Shown here in pieces: positions 10,560 to 23,060 of a stretch of DNA of 64,000 nucleotides. The stretch covers positions 91,361,494 to 91,425,493 of the forward strand of contig JARDVH010000163.1 of assembly GCA_030324005.1 (NCBI GenBank), in the 5' to 3' direction. This DNA is from Negaprion brevirostris. Its lineage: Eukaryota. The translations under genes and the position numbers were made by a program. The stretch's first letter is position 1, and each line of letters begins with the position of its first letter. The notes below the pieces were generated by a model that saw only the letters and a list, made by a program, of their open reading frames with translations, was not told the origin of the DNA and made no database searches.

Positions 10560-12900
10560 AGTCATCCAAGCTGGTGGAGCATCGCATCATACTCCTGGTC
10601 TGTGTCTTGCACAGAGTGAACAGAGCTTTTGGGAGTCAGAAGGTGAGTTACCTGTCTCAGAATTCCTGATACCTTACCTACTCTTACAGCTACAGTGTTT
10701 ATGTGGCTGATTAACTTCTCTTCAGTGGTAATCCCTACGATGTTGGTAAGGATTCAGAGATGATAATAGCATTGAGTGTTATAAGGAAATGGCCAGATTC
10801 TCACTTGTTAGAGATGGTCATAGCTTGGCACTTGTGCTGTGCAAATGTTTCTTGCCAGTTAGCAGCTCAAACCTGAATGTTCATGTCTTATTGCATGTGG
10901 ACATGGAAGCTTCAGTAACTGATGTGATGTCAGTGGTGATGAACATTGTGCAATCATCAGCAAATATCCATGTTTTGATCTTATGATCAAGGGAAAGTCA
11001 TTAATAAAGCACTTGAAAATGGTTTAGCCTCAAAGTCTACCTTGAAGAACTCCTGCAGCAAGTCCTGGAACTGAAATTATTGACATCCAACAACCACAAT
11101 CATCCTTCTTTGTGCTTGGTATAACTTCAAGTAGTGAAGAAATTTCCTCCTGATTTGCACTGGTTTCAGTTTGCTGAGCCTCCTTTATGCCACACTTGGT
11201 GAAGTGCTGCCCTGATGTTACGGTGTTATGGGCAGTCACTCTCATCTTATCTTGAGAGTTCAGTTCTCTTGTTCCATGTTTGGACCAGGGATCAGGAGTT
11301 GAGAGGCACTGGGAGGATCCAAACTGATCGGCATCAGTGAGCAGATTATTGCTAAGTAAGTGATGTTTGAAAGAACTGTTGACCACCTCTTTCATTATTT
11401 TACTGATAATTGAGAGTAGGCTAAGGTGGCACTCATTGGCTAGGTTGGATTTGTCCTGCTTTTTTGCAGTAGTCAGGACATACCTGAGCAATTTTCCACA
11501 TTGTCAGATCGATGTCTGTGCTGTAGCTGAACTGGATCAGCTGGGCTAGGGATGCAGCTAGTTCTGAAGCATAAACCATGACTGGAATATTGTCAGGGCC
11601 CATAGTCCTGGCAGTATCTGGTATCTTCAGCTGTTTTCTGCTGTCATGTGAAGTGTATCGAATTGACAGAAGACTTGAATCTGTGATGTTGAGGACCTCA
11701 GGAGAAGGCCGAGATGGATCATCTAATCAGAATTTCTGGCTGAAGATGACTGCAAATGCTTCAATCTTTTTATTTACTGATGTGCTGACTTCCCAATCAT
11801 TGAGAATGAAGGTAATTGTGGAGCTTCCGCCACCAGTTAGTTGTCTCTCCAGTTAGTTGTTTAAATGTCCACCACCATTTGTGACTAGATGTGACACGAC
11901 TGCAGAGCTTAGATCTAATCCCTTGGTGTGACCTGTCACAAATTGCTTAAACTGCTTCTGCTGTTTAACATCTATTTTTTAGCCACGCTTGGTGCTATTC
12001 CTGAAATGCCCTCCTGAACTCTTCATTGAACCACAGTTGATTCTCAGCTTGATGTTAATGGTGAAGTTGGGGATATGTTAGGCAATGAGGTTACAGATTG
12101 TGATGGAATACAGATTTGCTGTGCCCCTGGGTTACCCAGTTTTTAATTGCTATGTCTGCTTGATAACTATCCCATCCAGTACAGTGCTAGTGCCACACAA
12201 CACTGGCATGGAGTGATGCATCTATGACAGGTAGGTTAGTGACGATGAGATCAAGCAAGTTTTACTCTCATGTTTGTTCTCTCATCACCTGCTACAAACC
12301 CAGTCTATCAGCCTGGCAGGAATTGGTCAGCTGAGTCAGTAGTGGTGCTACAGAGCCAATCTTGATACTGTATTTTGAAGTTCCCACCCAGAGTACATTT
12401 TGTACCCTTATCACCCTCAGTGTTTCTTTCAATTGGTGTTCAACATGGAACAGTACTGATTCATCAGCTGAGGCTGGGGGAGTGGTGGGTTGGGTTACGG
12501 AGATGAGGGGGAGTTGTAGAGTGGTGGAGGAGGTAGGTGGGAATCAGCAGCTGCTTTTTCCCATGTTTAAATTGATTCCATGACACTTTGTGGGGTCCGG
12601 TATCATTGTTGAAGACGCGCGGGACAACTCCTTCTGGCTGTATACCATTGTGCCGCTATCTCTGCTGGTTCTGTCCTGCTGGTGGGATGGGACATACTCG
12701 GTGATGGTGGTGTCTGCGATATTGTATGGAAGATATGAGTCAGTGAGTATGTCTATGTCGGACTTGCTTGACTAGTCTGTGGGACAACTCTCTCAATTTT
12801 GGTGCAAACCCCCAGGTGCTAGTAAGGAGGACTTGGCAGGTCAGCAGAACTGGATCTGCCATTGTTCTGGCTGGTTGACATTGGATGGTCCTCCAGTTTC
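10560..12900 (-). mobile_element. Degraded non-LTR retrotransposon (CR1/L2 group) with RT and endonuclease regions
   Basis: KKQDKSNLANECHLSLLSIISKIMKEVVNSSFKHHLLSNNLLTDADQFG matches the RT N-terminal KK..K..P.NYRPISLLS..SK.ME...QFGF motif; AGVLQG is a GVPQG relic. Confidence 0.85.
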
Positions 12901-12919
12901 ATTCCACTGAGTGCTTTCT

Positions 12920-13100
12920 AGGCCTTGTCAGAGGGCATTTAAGAATCAATCACATTGCTTTGGGCCAAGAGTCACATGTAGTCCAGACCAGATAAGGATG
13001 GCAGATTTCTATATCCTTTTATTTCTCTATATTTTATATAGATAGTCCCAAGCAGTCATTTTACTGAAATTTATTCAAGTTGGGAGTTCAAGATTCAGAT
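12920..13100 (-). mobile_element. SINE fragment (family of 6548 and 45915)
   Basis: GAGGGCATTTAAGAATCAATCACATTGC...GAGTCACATGTAGTCCAGACCAG..AAGGATGGCAGATTTC is shared with 6620-6700. Confidence 0.6.
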
Positions 13101-13164
13101 GGAAATTCTGAAGATCACTTTGGAATACTGCAGTATCTTGAAGCCAAAAATTTGCAAGTTGTAT

Positions 13165-13201
13165 AAGAACATAAGAACATAAGAAATAGGAGCAGGAGTA
13201 G
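13165..13201 (-). mobile_element. Young CR1 3' tail running into a gap
   Basis: (AAGAACAT)n 8-bp terminal microsatellite plus AGAAATAGGAGCAGGAGTAG; reverse complement of the tail at 37910-37947. Confidence 0.75.
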
Positions 13202-13714
13202 NNNNNNNNNNNNNNNNNNNNNNNNNNNNNNNNNNNNNNNNNNNNNNNNNNNNNNNNNNNNNNNNNNNNNNNNNNNNNNNNNNNNNNNNNNNNNNNNNNN
13301 NNNNNNNNNNNNNNNNNNNNNNNNNNNNNNNNNNNNNNNNNNNNNNNNNNNNNNNNNNNNNNNNNNNNNNNNNNNNNNNNNNNNNNNNNNNNNNNNNNNN
13401 NNNNNNNNNNNNNNNNNNNNNNNNNNNNNNNNNNNNNNNNNNNNNNNNNNNNNNNNNNNNNNNNNNNNNNNNNNNNNNNNNNNNNNNNNNNNNNNNNNNN
13501 NNNNNNNNNNNNNNNNNNNNNNNNNNNNNNNNNNNNNNNNNNNNNNNNNNNNNNNNNNNNNNNNNNNNNNNNNNNNNNNNNNNNNNNNNNNNNNNNNNNN
13601 NNNNNNNNNNNNNNNNNNNNNNNNNNNNNNNNNNNNNNNNNNNNNNNNNNNNNNNNNNNNNNNNNNNNNNNNNNNNNNNNNNNNNNNNNNNNNNNNNNNN
13701 NNNNNNNNNAAAAG

Positions 13715-14740
13715 GATCATTGTAATTTTGTATAGAAAATTGGTGTATGAACAGAAAACAGTGAGAAGTGGTTAAATGGTTGTTTTTCAAACTGAGGGAT
13801 GATAGATGGCGTTGTATAAAATTTTGTGCTCGATCCACTGTTTTTTTTCCTTCTAAATTATTCGAATATTGGAATACAGAGTAAAATGTCAAAATTTGAT
13901 ATCAAACTTGGAGATGTGGTTTACTGAGCGTGACACCAATTGATTAAGCAGGCTAATAGAATGACCAAACAAATGGCAGAAGAAATTTAACATGGAGAAG
14001 TGTGAAGGGATGCGTTTTGGCAGAAAGGATAAAGAAAAGCAATGTAGATAAATACCACAGTTCTAAACAGTGCGGAGTGACAAATCAACATGGTGGTCTT
14101 CATGTGCATATATCTTTGAAGGTGGAAGGACATATTGAGAAAATAATTTGTTAAACATATGTGATTTTGGCCTTCATAAATAGTAATATTGAATACAAAA
14201 GCAGGGATATCATGCTGAAGCTGTGTAAAACTTTGATTAGATCACAACCAGCAAATTGCATTCAGTTTTTCACCACACATTTGGAAAGACCTGCGGGTCC
14301 TTGAGAAAGTGTGGAGGAGATTAACCACAATGGTTCAAAGCATGAGAAATTTTAGTTAAAAGATTAGGTTGAAGAAGTTAGGGTTATTCTTCTTGGAACA
14401 GAGGAGATTGAGTGGAGATTTGATAGACTTGTATATGATCATGGCAGATTTAGATAACTTAAACAAAGAAAAATGTTCCCACAAGTTGAAGGTATAAGAG
14501 GGGAACACAGATTTATGATTTTGGGCAGGGAATGTAAGGAAGAGCTTGTTCACGCAGCACTATGACTTTAAGTGGTATTTCACTGGATTTCACTGCATAA
14601 GTGCCTGATGGAAGCAGTGATAATCAATGATTTCAAAAGGAAATTAGATGGCAATAGGCTACAGAGATAGAGCAGGGAATGGGTCTGATAAGATTGCTCT
14701 ACAGAAGAGATGCATGGAACTTGATGGGCTGTCCTGTACT
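13715..14740 (+). mobile_element. Degraded CR1 LINE RT to 3' end
   Basis: Relics of W...FN..KC.VMHFG, GFI.R.IEYKS...ML.LYK.L.R, LERV.RR.T and L.KLGLFSLE.RRLRGDLI. Confidence 0.8.
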
Positions 14741-16394
14741 ANNNNNNNNNNNNNNNNNNNNNNNNNACCAGGGGCAAATAACATAAAGTAACTTATGTTG
14801 CTTATATGAGCAAAAAACAATTGTCAGACAATTAACTTAATCTTGTTCCAAGATACACAGAAATTGTCTTTTGGAAACATTATTGAGATGAAGATTCTAA
14901 TTTTAAAATGAATAATTCCTGTTTATCGAAGTACTTCTTGTGTTGTATATTTGCCTGGCTGCCAAGCAAGGCTGGGAGAAAATGCTGGGCACTTTCTTGA
15001 TGGCAAAGTCTTATCCAAGTATGTCCCATCACTCAATCATTCTGAAAAGCCTCCTCCTAATTTAAAAGGGTGCTTCAGGTCATCTTCATCAATCATTCCA
15101 CCTTTACAACTATACCACGGGCCACCTCTACAAATCCTCCCATCTCATCAGTTTCTCAAATGCCCTAACTCTCCTGTCTTTTAAGTTGAATCTTTAACAT
15201 GGAAATGATTTATGTAATGAGAAGAAACTACTAAAAAATAACTTAAGTACTGTATGAAAGAGGAATTGTTTTAACTTTAGTTATTAATGGATTTTTTGTA
15301 CATTCATTAATGGCAATGTGGCTGTTGCTATATACATGATACAAAACCTATTCAAAATCAGGTTATCCTCAAAGCTGGTAAGTTGGGAATTCCAAGAACA
15401 CTTAGGAATTTTTAAATTTGCAGCTGTTAACTTTGCTCTGCTTTTGCTACTCTTGATATGCATTGGAATTGCAATGTTCTAGCTCATTTGTAGTTCCTGT
15501 GATACTTTTCAGCCTTTTTTCCATGTGTTTACTCCATGATAGGAGATTGTTGTTGATTCCCAGGGGTAGACATATATTTGTTCTGAATGCTGAGGAATTC
15601 TCAACCATTTATGAAAAATCTTGGATTGATATCAGCGTACAAAAGAAAATTGGGACTTGTGTTTAGATAATTGTTTCCAGTTTTCTTATGGTTTCAGAAC
15701 CTGAGAACAGAGGTCATGGGGTTTGCAGGGAAGTAATCATTCACGCACAACGACACATTTTGTTGCGTTTCTTTAAATTATTTGGTGCTATTAATAAAAA
15801 TAATTGCCAATGGCCATCCGTATGTTAATATCATTATCTTTAAAAGAGGAATATTTTCTAAAGACAACTTCTACAGTGTGTAACTAAACATTACACATCA
15901 CATGAAATGGAGACAACTCCCCAACAGGGATACTGGGCTTACCAGTTTCCAGTCAGCCAACAGTTTCTGCTAACAATGCTATTATTAGAATGGAGACATT
16001 AACTTCTTCACCTGCATCTGTACATTTCAAAGTAGGATTGGTGAGGACAATCAACTGCCTTTTCTTTCTGAATATAGTACTTATTCAGGGAATGTAAACT
16101 TAAGGCTGTGGAGGAAGACATAAGGCTCTTCTTCATTTGAACAGTGGAATTCCTATTGAACAGAGTATGTTGTGTTACTTTTTGACCATATTTCAAGCAT
16201 AAAAGCAGATTAAGTTTGTCTAATGTTCAAGATGTTCAATTCAAAATAAAGCTGCACTGAAGCAAATACAAATTACTGGTTCTCTTTCACTGTGTAAAAG
16301 GAAACTGGTGGCTTGGGCCTCCTCATTTTCTTTGCTGAGAACATCTTGATGTAGCACCAACATTGAAACAAAGCCATCCTGTGTGCATGTCAAC

Positions 16395-16768
16395 CCTGCT
16401 GAGTTGGTAGTATCCTCACCTCTGGATCAAAAAATTGTGGAGTTGAGCAGATCATTCTAGGCTGATGTTCCAATGTGGTACTGAGGGAGTTCTGCATTGT
16501 CAGAGATAAGATGTCACATAAGATAGTAAACCATCTGCCTGTTCAGGTGCATGTTGAAGATGACATGATACTATTGGAAGAACAAAGGATTCTCCTATAT
16601 CCAATATTTCCCTCTTAGCTGCACAAGCAAATGGTGAATTTACTGGTTGTTATTTCTGGGATCTTGTTGGTAAAGAAGGGTTGTTATGAGAGCATACATC
16701 AAAATAAATTATTGTGTTTAGCATTTTGTGATATTCCAGAGTGTTTAGATGCTATATAAATGGAAGTA
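16395..16768 (+). mobile_element. DeuSINE-like SINE (SacSINE1/AmnSINE type), old
   Basis: tRNA-like head, Deu-domain TAGGCTGA...GTACTGAGGGAG..CTGCATTGTCAGAG...CTGCCTGTTCAGGTG.ATGT..AAGAT..CATG..ACTAT.GAAGAA, and L2-like tail GCTATATAAATG.AAGT. Confidence 0.7.
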
Positions 16769-16799
16769 TTACTTATAATGATATGAATATTATATTGAA

Positions 16800-17340
16800 A
16801 AGGATTTGATTTGATTTATTATTGTCACATGTATTTTGAATACAGTGAAAAGTATTGTTTCTTGCACACTATACAGTAAGACATACAGTTCATAGAGTAC
16901 ATAAAGGAGGAGGAAATGAGAGGGTGCTGGATATAGTGTTGTGGTTATAGGTAGGGTGAAGAGAAAGATCAGCTTAATATATGATAGGACCATTCAAAGG
17001 TCTCATGACAGCAAGGAAGAAGCTGTTCTTGAGTCTGTAGTATGTGTTTTCAGACTCTTGCATCTTTTTCTCAACAGAAGATGGGGAAGAAAGTATGACT
17101 GAGGTCTTGGGGTTCTTGATTATGCTAGTTGATTTCCCGAGGCAGCAGGAAGTGTAGACAGAATCAATGGATGGGTGGCTGGTTCTGTTGTGGACCAGGC
17201 TACATTCACAACTCTTTGTAGTTTCTTGCGGTCTTCGTAAGAGAAGGAGTAATACCAAGCTGTGGCACATCAGGATAGGATGCTTTCGATGGTGCATCTG
17301 TAAAAATTGTTGAGAGTCATAGTGGACATATACAAATGTT
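16800..17340 (-). mobile_element. Rex1/Babar LINE 3' region
   Basis: Minus-strand ...PSIDSVYTSCCLGKSTSIIKNP...RLKNSFFLAVMRPLN; tail ACATGTGACAATAATAAATCAAATCAAATC. Confidence 0.8.
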
Positions 17341-17919
17341 ATTGTATCTGTTCTTATATCAGATGTTACTATTTGGATTAAGTAGTAAGAAAAATACTCA
17401 TCCATTGTTTGTTTGCAGATAATAACAATGTATCCCAGATTTGGGACATAAGCTTCTTATTCAACAGTCTTGTGATATAAAAAAGTATTTGCCCTTGCAC
17501 TTTTGGAATCACCTAGATTTGCCCTGTCAAACTTCAAAGCATAAATAGATATCATGCACCTGACCAATTTGGAATGGAACAGGGATATATAAGTGTTAGA
17601 CTGGTTTTTAATGAGTTGCAGAAAGTAAAGATTTTTTTTCGATGGAGGACTGAAGAACTTAACAAATCCAGTTCCATATAAAATGCTTTCTCCTTTTGAA
17701 GGATGAAAGGTAATATATTTTCTTTAACAGTATTGGAACAACTAGGTCAGATATTAAAAACTCATGCTTGCCTTTCTCTGCAGCCAAAAATGCTTTAAAA
17801 ACTCTCTCAAAATGCTTCAAAGAAAAGGAAAATGCTTTTATGTGCACATAACTTGAAACTATTTTCAAAAAAAAGCTCTCTTAAATTCTTTGACCAGAAA
17901 GTGGGGAAGTCTGATTTCA

Positions 17920-18850
17920 ACATCGAAGAGCCAAAGCAAAACTGGAGTTAATGGGAATCAGGGAAAACCCTCCTCATGTTAGAGTTATGTCCGGCACAAA
18001 GAAAGATGATTAAGGTCATTGGAGGTCAATCATCTCAGCTCCAGGATATCACTGCAGGATTTCCCCAGGGTAATAGCCTCCCTTCCATTATAAGCGCGTA
18101 AGTAGGAATGTCCAGCGATAACAGGAGGACAAAACAGCCTTTCTGAAATTATAGATTGAATCAATCGATGAATAATGTGTGAAAATGGTGAAACTTATAA
18201 TCTTGAGCCAAAATCAATTAGAGAAGTTTACTGTAATTTTGCTCTACTTGCCTTATCACCTTTGCATCCTTGTATCTGAGGCACTGACAGACACATCAAA
18301 GTGACGAACTGCTGTCCATTCAGAGGCCCCAAACTTTTACTATGGAAAGGTAATTGATCTAAAGGGAATTGATTAACTTTCCCAGAATGGTGATCAGCAA
18401 CACTTGCAATTCCTCCACTTTGATTGGGTCGCTTTAGGGCTGAGACATTGATCTTCTTCCTCTTAGACTTTTGGATCTTCTGATATCTTGGTTCTAGTTT
18501 AATGTTCATTGATGAGGCATCAAACCCCAAATGGATCGAAGGATACAGATGTCACTTAGATCTTTGACTTGAATAATGAAATAATCCAAGAAGTCCCTGG
18601 GCTTTGATTCAAAGATTCCAATCCTTTGAGCATTTCCTCTCCCTTTATGATTATCCTGTCCAATATCTCACAGTGTACCTTCTGAACTACTACATCTGCA
18701 TCATCCCAGCCAATGTCTATCTCCAAGAGAGAATCTATCAAAGTTCCCTTGACATTCAATGGCATTACTTTCACTGTATCCACCACTATCAATTTCCTAG
18801 GGGTTACCACTGACCGGATACTGAACTGGACTAGCCAAATAAATGCTGTG
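17920..18850 (+). mobile_element. LINE RT fragment (family of 10560-12900), split by an L1-like insert
   Basis: 17920-18120 is collinear with the reverse complement of ~11040-11200; homology resumes at ~18705-18850 (LGVT.DRILNWTS). Confidence 0.65.
18230..18710 (-). mobile_element. Degraded L1/Tx1-clade ORF2 fragment (post-RT region)
   Basis: EILDRIIIKGEEMLKGLESLNQSPG..IISLFKSKI and KSKRKKINVSALKRPNQSGGIA resemble the L1-clade W..L.LS..GR..L.K and W.GK..RI....L.RP...GGL motifs. Confidence 0.5.
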
Positions 18851-18854
18851 GGAA

Positions 18855-19725
18855 ATTTGCAGAGACACAAAGATTGGCCCAGTCATATATAACATAGAGA
18901 ATAGCTACAATCTCCAAAATTATAGAAGTGAATTGATAGAGTGGGCAGTAAAGTGGCAGATGGGCCTTAACACAGAGAAGTGTGGGGCATAAATTAAGGG
19001 AGTAGACAATAAATGCAAACATACTAAGAAGGGTAGATGAAGTGAGAGATCTTGGTATACAAGTACACAGGTCCCTCAAGGCAGCAATTCAAGGTTGTAA
19101 AGCAGGCACATGGAATGCTATTCTTCATTGGCAGAGGTACACAACATAAAAGTAAGGATGTAATATTGAAATTGTATTAAATTCTGGTGAGGCCACAACT
19201 GAAGTATTTGTGTGCAATTCTACATTGTAAGAATACGTAATTTCTCTGGAGAGAGTGCAGAGATGGTTTGCAAGAGTGTTGCCAGGCCAGAAAAGTTCAG
19301 CTACTGAATAGATTGGATAGGTTGAGGTTATTTTCCTTGGAACAAAGAGGGCTGAGGGATAAGTTGATAGATGTGTACAAAATTATGAGGGGGAGAGATA
19401 GATTGGACAGGATAAAGTTGTTTCCCTTGGGAGAGAATTCTAGAACCAGAGACATGGATTCAAGATAAGTGACTGGAGGTGTAGAGGGTACATGAGGAAG
19501 AGCTTTTTAAGGCAGAGGGTAGCGGGTGTCTGAAATTCACTGCCTGAATTGGTGGTGGAGGCAGAGACCTAAACTCTTGGATCTGAATCTGCACTTAAGT
19601 GCTGTAAGATACAGGGCTATGGGATGGGTGTAGGCAGGTGGAATTAGAAAGGGAACCTGGATGTCCTTGGGCTAGCATAAGCAAGATAGGCTGAATGGCC
19701 TCATCTGTGCTGTAACTTTTCTATG
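18855..19725 (+). mobile_element. CR1 LINE 3' part
   Basis: RLDRLRLFSLEQRGLRDKLIDVYKIMRGRDRLDRIKLFPL; tail GGGCTGAATGGCCTC.TCTGTGCTGTAACTTTTCTATGGTTC. Confidence 0.85.
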
Positions 19726-19729
19726 GTTC

Positions 19730-20375
19730 AATGGCACTTGTGTGGTGCCATTTAGAAGCCCAAGTCTGAATGTTGTCCAGGTTTTGCTGCACATGAACAC
19801 AAACTATTACATGAATGGTGCTGAACACTCTGCAATCATCATTGAACATCCCCACATCTGACCTTATAATGGAGGGAATAATTGATAAGCAACTAAAGAT
19901 GTTTGGGCCTAGGACACAATCCAACAATCATAATCATCTTCCTTTGTTCCAGGTATAACTCCCAAACAGCAGAGAATTTTCTGTCTGATTCCCATTAGCT
20001 TCAATGTTTCCAGGGCTCCGTGATGTTGCATTCAATCAGAAACTGCTTTGTGGCAAAAGCAGTCATGTTAACCTCTCCTTTTGAGTTAGTTCTTTTGTCT
20101 AAGCTTGGACCAAAACTAATGAGATCAGGGACCAAGTCACCTTGGCAGTACCCAAAATGAGCAAAATGCACCTACATCATACCATCTTGTGGGAATCTGT
20201 GACACTCAGGAAGAGGCCAAGATACATCATTCATTTGGCACTCCCGGCTGAAGGATTCACCAGTCTTGTCTTTTGCACAGATGTGCTTGACTCCTCTATT
20301 GTTGAAATTGGGAATATTTGTAGAGCCACCTTCTCTGATTAATTGTTTAATTCGCCACCATGATTTGCGACTGGA
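19730..20375 (-). mobile_element. LINE RT fragment (family of 10560-12900)
   Basis: VLGPNIFSCLSIIPSIIRSDVGMFNDDC is an LGP.IF...INDLP and FADD relic. Confidence 0.75.
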
Positions 20376-20399
20376 TATGGCAGGACCACCTCTCTTCCA

Positions 20400-21464
20400 C
20401 CATTTAAAGTTCATGCAATGCCAACATCAGAGCTGGTGGCTGAGATCAAGTGACAGTGTTTCTTCCTCCCTAGTTCATTCTCCCTCGATTCCTTCAGCGT
20501 TCCACATTACTGGTTGGCCTGACAGTAGTTCTTGATTATCTGAATACACAAAAGTATAAGGGCAGGTCTGAGGGTGAGGGAAGCAGAGGGTGTTTGCAAG
20601 CAATGCATGATTACACCATCCGCAGCTTGCACACCAAAACAGACTGCAAGATGAAGTGGATGTGAGGAGGTCGATTAGGCAGGAACATGGCATCATCTTC
20701 AATCATCTTGGCAATACTGCTTGCATTGCTTCAATGACTGGAAATCCAATTTGGGTCACCTTGTCCTGAAAGAGAGAGTGAAATTTATTGGTGAGTGGTA
20801 CAATGATGCAACTGCCACAGTTGAATAGTTAGCAGTGCTGTACTAGTTGTGAGAACTGAGTATCCAACTACCAGCAATACTCAGCATATGAACGTTAGGT
20901 AAGGTTATGAATGTGTTTCATGCTGACAGTGATTGTTGGTTTGCCAGTAAAGGCACTGTGGTGAATGGGGCACTGTGTAAGACTACTGGTGCAGTTAGTA
21001 TGATGTAGATGGCTGACGTTAACTACAACAGCAATCTGCTCCCACATGCCTTCTCAGTCTCTGCCTGAAGGGCCCTGCTGTGTGCCTCCTGCACCAAGAT
21101 TTCTAACACTACACCAGAGAATTTTAATGCATGCTGTCTGGCCATTTGTGCTATTTCTTCATGTTCTTGCAGGCCTTCAACTCTTCTTCCAATTCCGCAG
21201 CCAGATTGCACCTCACTTTGAGAACTGGGCCCTGGCTTTAAGCAGTGTAGGTCAGCTTTAGTGCTACAGCCTTTCATGAACTTAGGGCGTTTTGCTGTGG
21301 CACTACTGTACAGCACATTCAGAGATAGCATTCATTCCACTATCATCATAAATTAGGATGAGCAGAAAGCTTGGGTGCTGCCTCCAACACTTTTGGCACG
21401 GGGAATGGTACATCGGGATCCAGATTGCCACACCCAATTTCAGAGGCTACCCAATGTAGCCCCC
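20400..21464 (-). mobile_element. Second, older Harbinger remnant with a Myb/SANT-like N-terminus
   Basis: Minus strand ~21145-21015 reads MARQHALKFSGVVLEILVQEAHSR, frameshift, MWEQIAVVVNVS (APxFS...LE.LV...WE.IA..VN). TIR-like CCAATGTAGCCCCC at ~21451-21464. Confidence 0.55.
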
Positions 21465-22039
21465 AATATATCTGTCAATTACTAAATGAGATATCTGTCC
21501 CCCTCATTATTATACACTTGGAATTATACAATTGCAATGTAGATATTGTGCTTTTAGTAACCCAGTAAGGCTATTACCACGTGATTAGAATACACTGATT
21601 CAGTTCTTTAAAACTCATTAGTAAAGCTTAAATATCCCCTTTCAGTAATCCTATCATCCATTTAATAAATTTAAAATGAATCTGTGTTAAAGCCAGCAGT
21701 TGGATTGATTTTCAGCTTTAATTTACTGATGTTGTTTGCAGTATCCTCACTGCTGGGGCCTATGCAGGTTTTTGAAGTTCAATGGCATTCACTGAAGCCA
21801 GTAAGTATACACAGTGTTAACTGATCAAAGTACCTCACACTACTTATAATGTGATTAATGGTGAGGATTCCTTAGAACCATCAGAGGCATTACAGTGTGA
21901 CAAATGCATTTGGAGCTTCTATTTTTATCACAAAACGACTTATATTGCCTTTTTGGTCTGTTTGCTGCAATTTCTGTTGCTACACAGAAAACTAAAAATC
22001 AATCTCTTTGAGTTTTCTAGCCAGCTGAGGTCAATGACC

Positions 22040-23060
22040 AGACCAAAAATTTGTATTGATATCATGCCTTTAATGCACGTCCCCAGGTGCTTCACAAGAG
22101 CATTATCAAGACATTGCAGCGTATAAGGTACGTGAGGGCAGATATGGCCAAAAGCTTGACAAAATACGTAGGTTTTTAAAAAAACAGAAGTAGAGAGTTA
22201 GTGGTCTAGGGAGGGAATTCCAGAGCATCGTACCTAGGTAGCTGAATCCCAGAATTATTACAGTGCTAGAGGAGGCTGTTTGGCTCATCATGTCTGCACC
22301 GGCCCTCCAAATCAGCATTATGACTTAGTGCCATACTTCTGCCTTTTCCCTGCAGCCTTTCATGTTGTTTCTATTCAAGTAATCATCTGATGCCCTCTTG
22401 ATTGCTTCAATTGAACCTGCCTCCACCCCACTTCCAAGCAGTGCATTCCTGAACTACTTGCTGTGTGAAAATGTTTTCTCTCTCATGTTATGGTTCAGGT
22501 CAGAAACTCCATAGTGTTTTATGAAACCCACCTGAACATCTCTATCAAATCTACTCTTGGCCTTCTCCTCTCCAAGGAGAACACTTTCAACTTCTCCCAT
22601 CTATTCTCATGACCAAAGTTTCTTATCCCTAGAATCCCTGAAGGCACAAGTGCTAAAGTCAGGGATGCTCAAAAGACTCAGAATTAGACGAGTGCAAATG
22701 ACTCAAAAGTTGTGGGCTGGAGGAAATTACAGATATCAGAAGAAGCAAGAGGTTTGAAAACCAAGATGAGAATTTTGAAGTGCAGGGCCTGTTTGACCTG
22801 GAATCACAGCAAGATTGACCACAGGCAGCAGATTTTTAGATGATGTCAAGTTTATGGAGGGTAGAACATGTATTGGAATAGTCAGTTCTAGAGGTAACAA
22901 GGGTATTCATGAGGCTTTCAGCAGCAGGTGAGCAAGAAACAGGAGGTGAAGTCAGGCATCGTTACAGCTATGGAAGTAAGTGGTTTTAGTAATAGTGTGG
23001 ATATGTAGTTAGAAATTCATCTGAGGGTCAAATGTGACAACAAATTTACAAACAGTTTTA
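22040..23060 (-). mobile_element. L2 LINE 3' region containing a nested CR1 tail (~22250-22636), itself containing an LTR fragment (22486-22537)
   Basis: L2-type GGGAGGGAATTCCAGAGC...CCTAGG.AGCTGAA is interrupted at ~22250 and resumes at TGAAGGCAC (~22640). The insert has CR1 tail motifs and TGTTATGGTTCAGGTCAGAAACTCC, identical to the start of the 9008 LTR. Confidence 0.65.

Noticed and set aside
15941-16016. 75-nt minus-strand exon with a GTAAGC donor
   Set aside because: Stop codons in all three frames.
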